Part shown: piece after piece, positions 1 to 12,961 of the stretch
How positions within the stretch are numbered: position 1 is the stretch's first letter
Layout: every line of letters starts with the position of its first letter
NCBI GenBank assembly: GCA_010015805.1
Contig: ML978137.1
Coordinates: 124,001 to 188,000, forward strand
Reading direction: 5' to 3'
From: Rhizodiscina lignyota
Lineage: Eukaryota
Length of the DNA stretch: 64,000 nt
Made by a program: the position numbers and the translations under genes
Notes under the pieces: generated by a model
Databases searched by the model: none
What the model was told of the DNA's origin: nothing
Seen by the model: only the letters and a program-made list of their open reading frames with translations

Positions 1-213
1 CTCCCACCATGTGCCAGAAAGCTCGGTGTTCTTCTCGTAGATCTGAAGGGTATAATTCTGAAAGTGGCGCTGCAGCTTGTATGCTAACACCAATCCAGAT
101 GCACCAGCACCGATGCAAATGATGCGGACATGTCTCTCAGCATGGATTGGTCCCGCTAACCGCTTTGCGGCGTTATTGGCAGGACCTCTTTGAGGAACAA
201 GGTCGTCCGCCAT
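1..213 (-). CDS. N-terminal part of a flavin-containing (Baeyer-Villiger/FMO-type) monooxygenase; runs off the left edge
   Basis: Manual translation from ATG 213: MADDLVPQRG...RHVRIICIGAGASGLVLAYKLQRHFQNYTLQIYEKNTELSGTWWE. It has the GxGxxG FAD motif and the YEKN..xGTWxE motif. Absent from the ORF track because there is no stop in the window. Confidence 0.9.
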   Translation of the reverse strand, partial: MADDLVPQRGPANNAAKRLAGPIHAERHVRIICIGAGASGLVLAYKLQRHFQNYTLQIYEKNTELSGTWWE

Positions 214-1092
214 GGAAACGATGTGGGCTGATACGAAAACTTCGGTGATTGAAGCAACGAGGATTTGGATCAAATATCCAGCGGAAGGACGAAGTTAGAA
301 GGACAAAGTAGAACGCGACTGCCTCGTTGAGGTAGGACCACGGCAAGGATGAATTGACCACTGCCGCAACAAAGCGAACTTTTCACAGACAGAGAGACGC
401 GAGTAGTAATTCGAGATGCTTGAGAAAAGAACAGGAGAAAGTACTCCAGACTTGTATTATAACTATTTCCGGGCCCACGAGGCAAACATCACGCCTGCCC
501 ATCCCATCATACCGGCAGCAGCTCCCGCCCACCCGAAGTGGTCAGGCACATACAGCAGCAGCAATTGAGGCATGCGGCGGGCCTCATGATTCATGCCCCG
601 GATTCATCTGCTTGCATTCCATAGAGAGAAAATCAGAAGACGCTGGCGTTACGAGTCGTGCGGGGCCGTGGACACGCGAGGCGAGGGGAAACCATAGTCA
701 AGCAGCATATAACTTGGCGCTCCGGGAAAGGTCAACCGCCTTTGCAGCTGCAGCGTCAGGAGGCTAGGAGGTACGAGCGGGTATGAACCGAGGACGAGAC
801 GATGCGAGATTCTGGAACGCGCGTATGCAGCCACTTCGTAAGGTGGAGAGCGGTTCGAGTCAAGAAGTGCAGTTGAGCCGCGAAGAATGACTCGTGAGTT
901 TTGTGGGGTCAGTGGTACCGACAACATTTCTGTCTTAAATATTCTGGGAGTGTGAGCTTCAGAATTCGTGTGCGAAGAGCGCTAACGAATTGGACAGAGG
1001 GATACAAGGTAAGAAGAGAGATGTGAGTGAGTCCATGTATTGATGTAGCTATGTGCTTGATACCAATATGTCATAGTATGAGCTGTCTTTCT

Positions 1093-4000
1093 TTAATAGT
1101 TCGCCTTCACCCCTCCCCTCAGCCCTTCCTTCCGCAAGCAACAGACGCTTCTGCTCTCGCACCACTTCTGCACGATGAACAGCTCTAACGCGGCCTGAAC
1201 AACTTGACCAGCATTCTCCTCATCTTCATTCACAACCATATACTGCTGCTGCTCTCCGGCTGGCGTAGCCTTATCTACCTCACCATCCTTAGAGTCATCT
1301 TCCGGTGCTGTGCCTACCTCTTGCTTCCCCTTGCCATTCGTGCTCTTCGCCTTCGTCTTACGCTTGATGCTCTTTGCCCGGCCGTTCGAGCGAGGCGGCG
1401 GCTTCCACTTCAGGCCTTGCTCATTCAACCATGCGGTAAAGTCCTCCAAGACGATCGGATCATACATGAGAATCTTCTCATTCCAGCTAGGCTTCTTGGG
1501 GTCCGATGTTCGGGGCGCAGCTTTGACCGTCTCTGTGATCTGCCTGAAGACATGCTCTGATTGAGGCTCGAAGTATTCTTTTAAACGATCCGTTTCAGTG
1601 GTGCGAGAGCCGGTCTTCCTTGTCGCCGTCGATTTGGTGTTTTTGCCCTTGAAAGGCGACGGGACGAGTTCCAGCTCGTCCGGTGGCAGTGTGCGAGATC
1701 GTCGGGGTGGCGAAAGTGAGATGTCGGTCTCCGAGTCCTCAATCTCGTCAATTAAGTCGTCGATATGCACAAAATCGGAAGAGGCATCCAAATCAGGTGT
1801 ACGTGATCGCTGTCCAGCCGCCGCGACGGTTTTAGGCTGCTTTAACTTCTTTGTCGTAGTGGTCTTGGGTGAACCCGTAGTTGTCTTGGCGCGTTTGCGT
1901 GGTATAGACGGCGGCTTCACGGACTTCGTAGAAGATGAAGTAGCTGCGTCTTTACGAGGCCTGCCCCGAGGATGCTTAGTGGGGGGATGCAAAACATCCG
2001 TCATTTGCACCGTAGTGTTTCTAGGCATCTTGGCCGCTTGAGGTGGAGATGGCGGTCTTGCTATTGCTCTTGGAGCACGTTGTGCGCTGGAAGTTGTGAA
2101 GCCTCGAGCCTCGGGGGATTTCGAAAATGGCACAGAAAATGAAGTATTTGGTGTTGGAAGGGTGTTGGAGCTTAGAGGCTCAAGGACTGATCTTGCCTTC
2201 CGTCTCTCATTTAGCATTAACAGTGCAGATTGAGACGAAAGTGGTCGGGATGATCCCATACCCTTGTCCGATACTTGGGCATCTAGTTGCAAATCAATTC
2301 CAAGCTCTTGTTGGGATATCTCGATCGAATTCATTACAGTGGCAGTGTCCGCGGAGACTGTTTCGTTCACTGCTTCAGCAACGTCAGAACATGGCTTTTG
2401 ATAATTAGCAGCGGCTGGGAGATCTTGCGCAGCCTCGCTATCATCGAACGCAAATCCCCCGTCATTGGCTGGAAATGCTGAGCTAGGTGGCACCTGGTTT
2501 TTAGCAGCTGCGGGTCCGTTCATGATATCGCTGATATCCATGTACTCCGACTCATCGACGCACTTGTTCTGAATTTCGACAGTTTGCTGAATCCGCATCC
2601 TCTTCTGGGTGGGAACATAAGGTTCATCATCTCCTTCCCTGGTCTCGTCCCATAAGCTAGCCTTCTTTCTCGTACGAGTGAGGCCACCACCAAGGTCAGC
2701 TGGAGCTGGGAGAGATGCTTTTCCCACAATCCGAACTGAATTATACACTTCCAGAGTGACGCCCTCCGCGCGTGCCATCTCTTCGGATTCTTTGATGACT
2801 CGATTGATATCTCGAACTTCCTGAGTCGAGTCGTTGACAAGCTGGCTGCTGCTCCCGAAGAGAAGGTTTTGGCGACCCAATTTATCAACAAATGCATCGG
2901 GTGCAAGTAATTTTGTCTTTTCCAGCGAGCGCTTGTGTGCCTTGCTCGATTTCGATTTTCGAGAAGATGGGTTTGCGGGCCTTTTGAAGCCAACGCTGTC
3001 CTTTCCAGTTGCAGAAGTGCTGCCGCTCTCAGATCGCGCTGCAAAGAAATCGCTCTTTGTCGACTCGGCTTGCGGTTTCGAAACCTGCTTGAAGCCATTT
3101 AGAGTGAGCTCTGTAATGGTTTTTGCAGGCTTTAAAGCTTTCTTCTCTGGTGACGTGGAACGGGAATTGGTGCGCTCCCGTGCATTTTGTGCCGGACCAG
3201 CCGGCAAGAGAGGGACAATGGTCTCAATTCTGCGCTTGTTCGTAACAGACTCATCCTTTTTGGGCAGATCAGCCGCATTGCTGGGTTCCGCAGCTCGAGA
3301 TGATTCTGGTTCATCGTGCTTGAAACTTTTCATGGCATCTGCGAATGATGATTTCGAAGGACTAGGCCCAATCGTTGGCTGGCTAGAATGTGAAGAATTT
3401 AGCCTCGGACTCTCCGCTTGCGGATGAATCGTGTCCTTAATTGGCGTCCACTGCCTTCTTCGAGCGACAGCTGCATCCAGCTCAAGTGGCTCGCTTGCAG
3501 TACGCTCCTTCTGCGCAGCTTTGCTATTCTCAATAGGCCGAGTCTCAGCACAAGTTTTGTCAAAATGCTGCGAGATAGTGCCTGTTTTCTTTACTTGAAT
3601 GAAGGGTTTCTTGCCCTCGTCCAGAGTCTCTTTGCTTGTATCCGTCGAGTTCGCAACTTCATCTCGCTTCGATTTGTGCATTTTGTTAGAACTCTCTCTA
3701 GCCACCTTTATTCGCTTAGTATGAGACTCGACGGGATGATCGTCTCCATCCTTCGGAGTTGCTTTCCGTTTTGCTTTCGACTTGGACCTGCGCTGTACTG
3801 ACGATTCTGTGCCTGGCTCATTGGTGTTATTTGTTGCATCTTCCTGCTTCTGGCCCTTCGTGATGCTCTGCGTAGTGGGAATATCATGGATAGAGTAATC
3901 ATGAACATGTCTGAGCCCGCTGCTCGTTACACGCAATACAGAGCCACCAGTTGCTAATTCGCTCGATGTGAGCACTCCATGACCCACGAATCGATCCTCG

Positions 4001-4488
4001 GGGCCTTGTATATCGACCTGGTCCACATGCTGCCTATCTTGACTGCGTTTGCTCCTTTTGGGCCGTGCTTCAATGTCTGGCACTGTTGCAGATTTTGTCT
4101 TTCGAGATTTACGCTCTGCCTTAGGCGCATCTTGTGTTTGTAGCTCGGCCTTTGTCGCTTTTGTCCTCGATCCCGTCTTTCGCTCATCTCCTCGTGGAGG
4201 ATCGTCATGCGCAGCGGCGTCTTCGAGACTCAACTGGCCCTTCTTCAGCAAGGTCGACGTGGAATTGAATCCAGTGGGTGCACTCTCAGGGATCTGAGCA
4301 GCATGCGATCCACTCCTTAACGTTGGAGCTTTCTTGGTCAGCTCTCCTCTTAGAATTGCAGCTACCGAGGGCAAAGAAGGTGATGAGTTCGAGTCGTACG
4401 CGGTAGGATGTTGTGCGGAGGTCGGGGTGATAACAAAATCACCTCTCACGGGCGAGGATGAGGATAGAACTATGGCAGAGGCGGCCAT
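1093..4488 (-). CDS. SLX4: Structure-specific endonuclease subunit Slx4
   Basis: Long low-complexity ORF, likely start MAASAIVLSSS at 4488. Contains LLFGSSSQL, an AT-hook-like PRGRPRK and the C-terminal Slx4 domain (WNEKILMYDPIVLEDFTAWLN...VQKWCESRSVCCL). Confidence 0.9.
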   Translation of the reverse strand: MAASAIVLSSSSPVRGDFVITPTSAQHPTAYDSNSSPSLPSVAAILRGELTKKAPTLRSGSHAAQIPESAPTGFNSTSTLLKKGQLSLEDAAAHDDPPRGDERKTGSRTKATKAELQTQDAPKAERKSRKTKSATVPDIEARPKRSKRSQDRQHVDQVDIQGPEDRFVGHGVLTSSELATGGSVLRVTSSGLRHVHDYSIHDIPTTQSITKGQKQEDATNNTNEPGTESSVQRRSKSKAKRKATPKDGDDHPVESHTKRIKVARESSNKMHKSKRDEVANSTDTSKETLDEGKKPFIQVKKTGTISQHFDKTCAETRPIENSKAAQKERTASEPLELDAAVARRRQWTPIKDTIHPQAESPRLNSSHSSQPTIGPSPSKSSFADAMKSFKHDEPESSRAAEPSNAADLPKKDESVTNKRRIETIVPLLPAGPAQNARERTNSRSTSPEKKALKPAKTITELTLNGFKQVSKPQAESTKSDFFAARSESGSTSATGKDSVGFKRPANPSSRKSKSSKAHKRSLEKTKLLAPDAFVDKLGRQNLLFGSSSQLVNDSTQEVRDINRVIKESEEMARAEGVTLEVYNSVRIVGKASLPAPADLGGGLTRTRKKASLWDETREGDDEPYVPTQKRMRIQQTVEIQNKCVDESEYMDISDIMNGPAAAKNQVPPSSAFPANDGGFAFDDSEAAQDLPAAANYQKPCSDVAEAVNETVSADTATVMNSIEISQQELGIDLQLDAQVSDKGMGSSRPLSSQSALLMLNERRKARSVLEPLSSNTLPTPNTSFSVPFSKSPEARGFTTSSAQRAPRAIARPPSPPQAAKMPRNTTVQMTDVLHPPTKHPRGRPRKDAATSSSTKSVKPPSIPRKRAKTTTGSPKTTTTKKLKQPKTVAAAGQRSRTPDLDASSDFVHIDDLIDEIEDSETDISLSPPRRSRTLPPDELELVPSPFKGKNTKSTATRKTGSRTTETDRLKEYFEPQSEHVFRQITETVKAAPRTSDPKKPSWNEKILMYDPIVLEDFTAWLNEQGLKWKPPPRSNGRAKSIKRKTKAKSTNGKGKQEVGTAPEDDSKDGEVDKATPAGEQQQYMVVNEDEENAGQVVQAALELFIVQKWCESRSVCCLRKEGLRGGVKANY

Positions 4489-5955
4489 CTTGGAGCCGCG
4501 GTTGAAGCATCTGAGGAGAGACAGCTTGGCGATCGTCAGAGGGACATTGAAGCGTAGTTGCTGTGGTTGATTGTAGACGGGTAGGCGCTGCTTTACACGA
4601 AGAAATCGCGTGGGCACGTGTGGTGGTGTCGAGCACTTTCCCTTTTCGAGCCCCCTTCCTTGCAGTGTGCATAGGCATCGGACTCGCACAACATCAACCA
4701 CCAGCCTCACAACCCCCAACTCAACCCTTCGCCCTTTGCGCACCACCTCCCCATCACCCTAGAAGCCATTACATCCGCTTCAGAGCTTCCGCTTTTGCCT
4801 TTCACACATGGGCTTTTCTCGGGGCTCCCGAGGACGAATGACGAATCATCAAGTCAACGTACACAACTCGACGGACGCAACGGCAATCTGCACCTGTATA
4901 GGCACAAGCTCAGATATCTATGAGGCTCCTTGAGCAGAAGACATACTCGTTAGCTCGGGATGACTGTTTCTCGATCTACAGCGAGCTCTCGACAATGGCC
5001 ACGCCTCCGTAGCTCCAGCCGCCTCATCAACCGCCATCGAACACCAAGGGTCAACATGCAGTTGCAGCGGAAGCCAACATGGCCTTTCTCACGTTAGCTT
5101 TCCTCTGGCACTCGTCTGCTTCGTGAACGATGTGACAGTGCAATGAGCGGCGACGACACACGACCTCCGTTGCGCCCATTCTCAAAGCGCCCATGACTCT
5201 CATCTTCACAGTGAGATAGTGAGACGTGGAGACCCATCGACTCGGGCCCGACTTGAGAGCCTCTCATCGAACTCGATTCCTTAGCAAAGACTGCCTTCTC
5301 CTGCGACACACCCTTCTGGCATCGTATGTTGCTCATAGACCACCTCAGTCGGCAAGCGACAATGCCGTTGGAGTTGAAGCAATTGGGTGACTTGACAGCC
5401 GGAGCGCACATGATAATACAGCACAGGGGTAGTGGCGTATATGAGAGCATGTGGGACGCCATCAATCTCTTACAGCATTGGCAGCCTGGGGAACTCGGAG
5501 TCGCGCTCCTCGCTTAACCCATCTCTATTGCAGCGGGGTTTTACAAGAAGGGGGGCATGAGCTCTGTCTCCGGGGGTTTAAAGAATTGCATGCCATTTTG
5601 GATGTGATCGAATCGTCCAGTCTCAGTATACATGTCTCGTAATGTTGGGGAGTTCATATGTCTCTTCCGTTGACCGCGGCTGAAGCCTTCTCGTAATGTT
5701 TTCATTTCATCTCATATCGGTAGATCCGGGCTTGTCCAACGTTGCTGACCTTTCGTATGAATGACTCTCCTATATGTATTCATTCAATGTCGTTTCGCAT
5801 TTCAACACTACATTTGCATGCTTTTCAAAACTGTCCAGTAAAAGGTGGATTGGCTTGGCTAGGCTTGGCTTGTCGTAAAAAGATGGGACGAGCAGTCGAC
5901 GACCAGCATGAATCTACCCCTGGACTGGAAAGTCAGACCGGATCCGCATGGAGCC

Positions 5956-5994
5956 GGACCTGGACCTGGACCTGGACCTGGACCTGGACCTGGA
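5956..5994. repeat. Hexanucleotide microsatellite (GGACCT)x6.5
   Basis: Read directly from the sequence. Confidence 0.95.
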
Positions 5995-8900
5995 TTTGCT
6001 ACTCCTGGAAACCAGGTGACTTCCCGGATCGTCCTTGGGTGTGACGGAAACAGGAGGGAGTGGTTTTGACGATGGTGGAGGGTGTTTGTGGAGTTCCGAA
6101 GAAGATGAAAACAGCAACATGCACATGACATGCTCTGTGAAACGGATGAAGGAGGAGAAGCGGCTTGCTTGCGAACATTCGATATTCCTTCGTCGCCTGC
6201 CTAACGCAGAGCTCGAGAGCTGTGGGGATCATTTAATGCCCAACTCCGATGCCGTCGATCGACGAGTGGCTGCAACTGGTTGATCGCGTGGCGATCCATG
6301 AATTCATTACGCTCGAAACTCTGCTCTGCGATGCTCCAACTTGCTGGTTATCTCTTGCATATCGGCGTGCTTCAGCGACACGTTCGAGGGGAGCGCCATA
6401 TTCTTTGGACACATCGTCGCTTCTATCATGATGCTGACGACGATTCATTCCATGATCGGCAGCCGACGCACCCACTTCGTCCATATCCCTGGCTGTGGCG
6501 CCGCCTTCTTCATATCTTCCCTTTGTCCCAAGCTCTTGAGAGGCTTGTCGTGGATAAGTGCACCAGTTATCCGATCCAGCCACAATTCCACCTCTTCTGA
6601 CTTCAACCCTGTATCCGCGACAGCTACGCTCTTCTTTCGCTATTACATCGGTATCCTTTGCAAGCTTTGGCTTTCCTTCGAAAATTCTTGATGGTGGCGG
6701 TTGTTGAGTGCCCGCATAGACCGGTTCCGGCGCCAACAGATGGCTAGTTGGAGGAAAATCATCCAACTCTTCGTCAAGGCCGTAAATATCTCGAAAGGGT
6801 GTCATGACATCTCCGCCCCTATGGCGCCGGGCTCTGAGGCTGACCAACATTTGTTACGATGCATTTCCGTATCCGGCTGTTGTTTGGAGAAGGAGCAGCG
6901 GAAATGGCTTCGAGTCCCAAAGCGACTGCAGCTCCTGTTAGAGTATTGCTGAGAGCTCGCTCTATTTGCTACTCACAATACAGTACGTGGGTTTGACGCG
7001 AAAAACGGAGATGAAGCCGTTCTGATCTCATTTGCCAGAGCTTTGCATTCCAGGCCCAGGAGCTGTGATAACAAATGACACACGCCGCGCTACGCGCTGA
7101 AAAGACCTTCGCGTACTGAAGAGCGTTGTCTGTGGAGTTGTACTTCGTAACTCTCCGGCTATGGACCATGGACTGAATCTCTGAGTCGCTGCTTTTTGTC
7201 GGGTTCTGGAACCACCTGATAGTGCTCCCTGACTCATTTGTGAGCGTACACTAGAAGTTGATCAGTCTGGGGAGATGGGCAGCGCTCTTAGATGCTCCTT
7301 CGCTTTTCAAGCTTTTCATGGTGCACGGAACCCCGAAGAGATTGGGCGTGTCGATGTCCTTCGGCATTGCCATATGATCATAACCACTTCTTCTACCGGC
7401 AGCCACTGAACTTCTTTGATGTCATCGTTCTCATCCGTGTACGAACTCTTCGTCGGCGGCAGTCCATACGCTTGTCATTGGAGGGATGGCGTTGGACTGG
7501 CAGTGTGTTTAGGCCCAGAAAGGGATTCATAATCGGAGCGTGAGGAAGAGAGTAGGCAAGCTGAGGTTAGCAACTTGGGTATTTTTGGAGCTCTTGCACT
7601 GTCCAGCTTTGTCCATCAATTCCAGAGCTAATCCTCTGGCCTTGCGATGCTGCTCTGTCTGCTTCCCGCTCTTCATCAAATGGCCAGCCATGGCGTCGTT
7701 CTCCTTGAGGGAAGGCTTTAAGATTTACATTTTACTGCTTTCCGGAGCTGATTTTGAGTTTGGAACCAGTTCTACTGTCTTATCGAGAGCTTTGGAAGAT
7801 TGGCATTGGTGCTTGTGGGTATCACGTTTGTTGTGCGCACAAACAGCTCCCGGGGCATCAACCGAGCCCATTGGGGTTAGCGTCGTTCCATTCCACACTC
7901 TCGAACGACATTGCACGCTCAAATAACGCTGGATTTGGGATATCCTCGACATGGACAAGGCAAGACGGATGGATAAATACAGTAGAGCAGCATGCAGTGC
8001 GCAAAATCCCGGGAGAGATGAGATCGCCGACCAGCTATGGCCATGGCACGAAGCCCACTGGCCCTATATGATGCAGCATCATAGGGAGATCTTGGGTATA
8101 TTCTATCGGGCTCACGAGCTTGGTTTTGGCGAGCACAAGTTGCAATGTCGCTGTCGTGTAGCTTTGTCACGTCGTTTGTGGCTGGCACAAAGACAGCTGG
8201 ACTCTTATCTGCCATGGTTTATGCTCTCCAGCGTACCGCAAACAAAACAGTCTCCCTGTCCCAAGCCATAGGGGGGCGTTCAACTGGCCATGGGTCGAGC
8301 TCGATCTACTTGCCATCAGACGCTATCACAAATGATACTCATCCTGCGCACGACGATCATTCTCGCAGCTGAGTGGCCTGAATAACACCGAGGTATAGCG
8401 GATCCAAACCTATCCTAAGCTGCTCAATTGTGCTATGGATTCAATGGGTGCTCTGTATTGCCCCATCGAACCACGTCGAACGATATCAAATACGCCCAGA
8501 AGTCAGCCAGACCTGCTGCTGCGATGCTCAGAGACGCTCCAACCCACCACTCCGACGCTCCGTCCTCCTTGCGCTGTTCTTCCTCGAGATCGTATTTCAA
8601 TCCTTTCCAACCTTACTGTTCTACGACACTCTTGCCGTAGTGCCTCCAGCTTGCTCTTGCCATCGCAGACCCGGCCCTTCCCTCTCTGCTATGGTGTCGT
8701 CAAGCCCCCAACAGGTGACTTGCTGGGCCTCTCGCCCCGTCATTGACCGTATTATGATTATTCGGAAGTCAGTATGAGGGAGCATGTTGACCGATCCGTC
8801 TCGAGGGGAGGCAGGTGCCCTTCGTAGGGCCGGCGAAGGTGCTCGTGTGTTCTGCTACTGGGCAACGTCAGTGTCAATGGTTATACTCTGGGCGCTCGAA

Positions 8901-10179
8901 TTCTTAAGCTAGAGGGAAACGTACACGCTATCCTGCGGCTGTTTCTCGATGCTGTAACATCTTGCTCGGCTCTGAAAGATCTGTGAATGCGGCTGTTAGA
9001 ATGGTGCTCACGGCCGGCTGCGTGTTGGTGCAAGAGACTTCTTGCCTTGAGCCAGAGTGCCTACTGCTAGGCTGATATGTCCGGTCGCCACGCAAGTTCT
9101 AGCAGTCTTCAAGCTGTTCCGAGACTTCGTTATCCGTGCTACGGCTGCGTTGTTCCACGGCGCATTTGTGGGCGGACTGGCGTACGAGGAGGTTTGATGT
9201 CAACAGGACAGCTTTCCGGCCGTCGCTAGGGCTCAACACCACGGCGCGAAATTGAATGGCACGTTTTTAGGATGCTCTATTGGCATTACTGCAACGTCTT
9301 CACGCTATGAGTATGGATATCCCTCACTACATCTGCAGCCTGCCAAACTGGGCTGAGGTTTTGATAAACAAACTCTGCAGGCGCATAGTATCTCAGAACT
9401 CATCAGCGTGGGAACGCGGCCTCCATCCGCCACCCACCAGCGATAGGACTGTCCACACATTGCTTTGGAGCTTTTGTAAACTCGGGATTGCTTGAAGAAG
9501 GCTATACATATGCCGTGTCCTCTACATCTCGCCCAACGAATGCCTGGCTGCCCGCAACGCGACTTCAGGACCTAGTGCTTTTTCAAAGCGTCAACTAGCG
9601 GTAGCATACATCTCTATACGGCTTGGACCGACAAAGGTCCCTCTTCTGCTTTGCCAGAATGATATGGAATAGCGCTGTCAAGGTTAATACCTATTATGCT
9701 CAGCGCGTACATGGGTCTATGGCCATCAGACCAACTGCTCACAACAACATGAAGCCCTCATAACAACCAAGCGATATACATGTTCATACAAACTCAAGCA
9801 AGCCATATTTCTCTTCCTCAGCCGCCTGCACAAGGCAAACGAAATGATGGAAAAAAAGTTGCATTAGCGAGAAAAGTCGCAATAGCCAGCTTTCTTCGTC
9901 AAGCTCCCGCTCAAGGCGGAAGCAAAAATGAAGAAAGAAGAGCGGTCGCGTCAGCCGGAGGTAGTACAATACCGGCGACACAGTGGGAAGGAACATGTGC
10001 ATGCACAGAGGATCCCACCCCGGTTCCAAATATTTTAGTAATCTTATTCTGGCCCGTAGGCCAGGTTTCAGAGATTAAACTGAAAAGAACAGATACTACA
10101 CTTGATCTAAGCCAAAAGGCAAAGAGAGCTGGAGAAAAGAAAGGGAAGATGGGCGAAGAAGGGTGGGTATATATACTCA

Positions 10180-12961
10180 AATAAAAGTGGGTCCTTGGCC
10201 CCAGCGCCGCCACCAGGACAAGCATTAGGCAGTGATCCCATGGCGAGAGCGACATCGGGAGTCTAATACTATTCTGGACTGGTCTAAAGTTGATGTTTGG
10301 CCGGCCACATCATCTTCCTTCACAGCAGGCGGAAATTCTGCGTTTCAAACTCAAAAAACTGGGTCTGGTCACTCTGGTACCACAGGTTTGGTGGTAATGA
10401 CTAATGTCACGTCGTCAAATGTCTCAGAGAGTGCTCCACGGGTTCAACATTTGGTGGCTTGTTCCGGTGGTATGACACCATGATACCAGATTCCATGGAG
10501 TTCTAGATCTGCCGACGAGGCAGGTACGGCTTGTGCGGCGTTTGCCGCAAGGCCTCGTGAGAATTCAAGCGTCCGATTATGGTAGTGATCGTCTAGGACT
10601 GCGTAGGCATGGGGTTGGGTGAGAAACATGAGAACTGGACGAGCTTTCCCCATCAAGCTGGTTGCCCTGCTCAGTAAAGCCGCAAAGATATTCATATAGA
10701 GTCTCCACTCAAGTTTGCAGGTCATTGCAGGCTACAGCCAAGGAATCCGAAGGAGAATATGCCGGAGGACCGCTCCTTTGAATTGCCTACGTCGATATTC
10801 GCCACCTTCTGCCATAAGTAATTCCTGCCGCATTCTAATGAGTCGCAAAAGGCAGAGTTTCATTCACGGTAGTCAAAGCGGCTTAACCGACATCCAGAGA
10901 TTCATAGATGAGGACGTCAAATCCTGAAGTACTTCATATCCAAGAAGCCCTTGACTACTCAGTGGATATATGAAAGTTGAAGCGCTTTCAGCAATCTAGA
11001 GAGATCTTGTCAGCATAAGAGTACATCTAGATGCCCTTCTATTGGACTTGACGGCCCCCATTTGAATTCTTTGAACTTAGCCAGTGCAAAATACCGTCTA
11101 CACGCTTAGGCAGGGCCTCAAGAGTCTCAGGTCAAAATCATGAACCAATTCTGAAAGCGCCGGAGCAACCGTGAATGGGACCGCTCATAGAGCTGCACGA
11201 AGACATGGCGAAATCTCTCAATGGCACATTACAATTCGTGAGGGAATTGAATCAGATTACTGAATGCCTATACAGCTATCGAGCTCATCAAGATGGCGAC
11301 ATGCTAACCAAAACGGAGAGAAATCCCATGTTCGAACTGTGCCTCGACTCCCCAATCTGGATCAGGATGGATTCATGCAATTGGCGACTGCAGTTTCCAT
11401 GCTCCTAGGATTCTAGTGCCGTGGAATATGCCTGAAATAGTCTGGTACTTTCCGTAAGGCCAACGACTGGGGAACGTTGCGCGGCGGTCACATAAGGGGA
11501 TGAACCTGGGATGAGCTCATGACGAGAGTATCATGCCCGTCCTTTCCCGCCAGAGTGAAGATGTTGCTTCTCTAGAGCCGACCATGCCAATCAAGCTCTT
11601 AGTTAAAGGCTACTACCTGAACTGTTTCCAAAAACAGTGAGATTGTAACAACTCTCCTAGAGCTACAAGCCTCACACAGCTTCTTTATACACCAAGTCGG
11701 AAGCTGTGAAATGCATCCACCACTGCCTGATTGCCGCGTCGCAAATCAGCTTATAGAATTTAAGGATGCGAGATGTTGGATTCGGAAACTGGAGCCGTCA
11801 GGGCCTTCAGTGGGATATCATCGAAGCCTTTGATCAGGCAGTGCTCAAGGTGCTCGACGAGGAGGGGGTTTTCGAACTCGTAATTGAGGATCTGTGATAA
11901 TTGAAGGCATGCGTTGACGATCGGACAGAATGTGTTCAATTCGAGCCTTGCGTCATTGTTGCTCTGTATGGGGATCTTCGAGCGCCGCTTCCATACAATT
12001 GCCTTCAGGACGTAGCGAACGTGCTCGAACTTGGACAACTTTATCTTAATACTCTGCTACTCAGCCCTTCCAGCTCTTCGGATTGCTTCGATTTGGCCTG
12101 GCAGAAGCTCATACATCTTGCTGCTACGGGCAGAGATATCCTAGTGTACAGAGAGGCCCACATGCCGATAACCCAACGACAACAGTTGTGACAAAGTAGC
12201 CAGAGGAGGTAGGCCAGCGGGCAAACTAACACGATGGAATATCGGTATGTGGAGGAAGTCCAGGTCTTCGTCTACAACAATGCCGTATCGCTCGTCCCGG
12301 CAATAATCTATAGTCTATACACTAAGTCAGCCCACGCACAAGCGACGCCTGAGGCACAACGAACCTTGAATATGCTATGCTTCCAAGAGGATCGCGTGAA
12401 TAGATTACAGCAGATACAGCTGTGAACTGGCCAATTCTGAGCAGCTGCGCCGTACTGCCTTCATGGCCGGCAAGAAGAACTCACTCTTTAAGGCATGACC
12501 ACATGCCTTTAATCAAAGCGATTTCCCCCTAGCAATACCCGCACTTTGGGTACGGGCTCAAGCTGCAAATGCCTGGCCGTGAGTACCAATGCCCAGTCGT
12601 CCTCGGCCTCCATGTGGCCGGCGGCGATGAACTCCTGTTGCAATGTAAAGAGCGGGACCCAAAAAATTGGCAAAAGCTCTATGGATAGTGGCTGAGCTCC
12701 TCCAGAAAACTCCGAGACGCGTCCAATGGGCAATTGCTCCTGCACCTTTGAGAAAACGACATCAAGGTTACTGAAGTCGAAAAAGTCCGTCATATCAGTA
12801 TAGCCGCCCTGTTGAATCTGGAGCATGTTTCCTAGTTGAACGGGTCCATTGCTAGATTTATGGACAAACGCCTGACGTTGGAAGGGATAAAGTTTGCATT
12901 TTTCGGTGTTTAGTTGGCAAATAGAAACTTCAGGGTAAAAAAAGTCATTTGTACACGCCAC
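10180..12961 (-). pseudogene. Decayed protein-coding gene of unknown family
   Basis: Protein-like minus-strand segments (12509-12961, ~11150-12300, ~10180-10725) are broken by in-frame stops, mostly TAG/TAA where CAG/CAA would fit, plus frame changes. Confidence 0.45.

Noticed and set aside
1204..4570. Many plus-strand ORFs overlapping SLX4 (and similar antisense ORFs over other genes)
   Set aside because: Shadow ORFs antisense to real coding sequence, with no motifs.
4489..4746. 86 aa N-terminal extension of the SLX4 ORF in the ORF track
   Set aside because: It begins at GTG under a bacterial-style start rule; the first ATG is at 4488.
5956..5994. WTWTWT / GPGPGP / SRSRSR peptides suggesting a collagen-like or SR protein
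   Set aside because: These are translations of a simple microsatellite within short unsupported ORFs.
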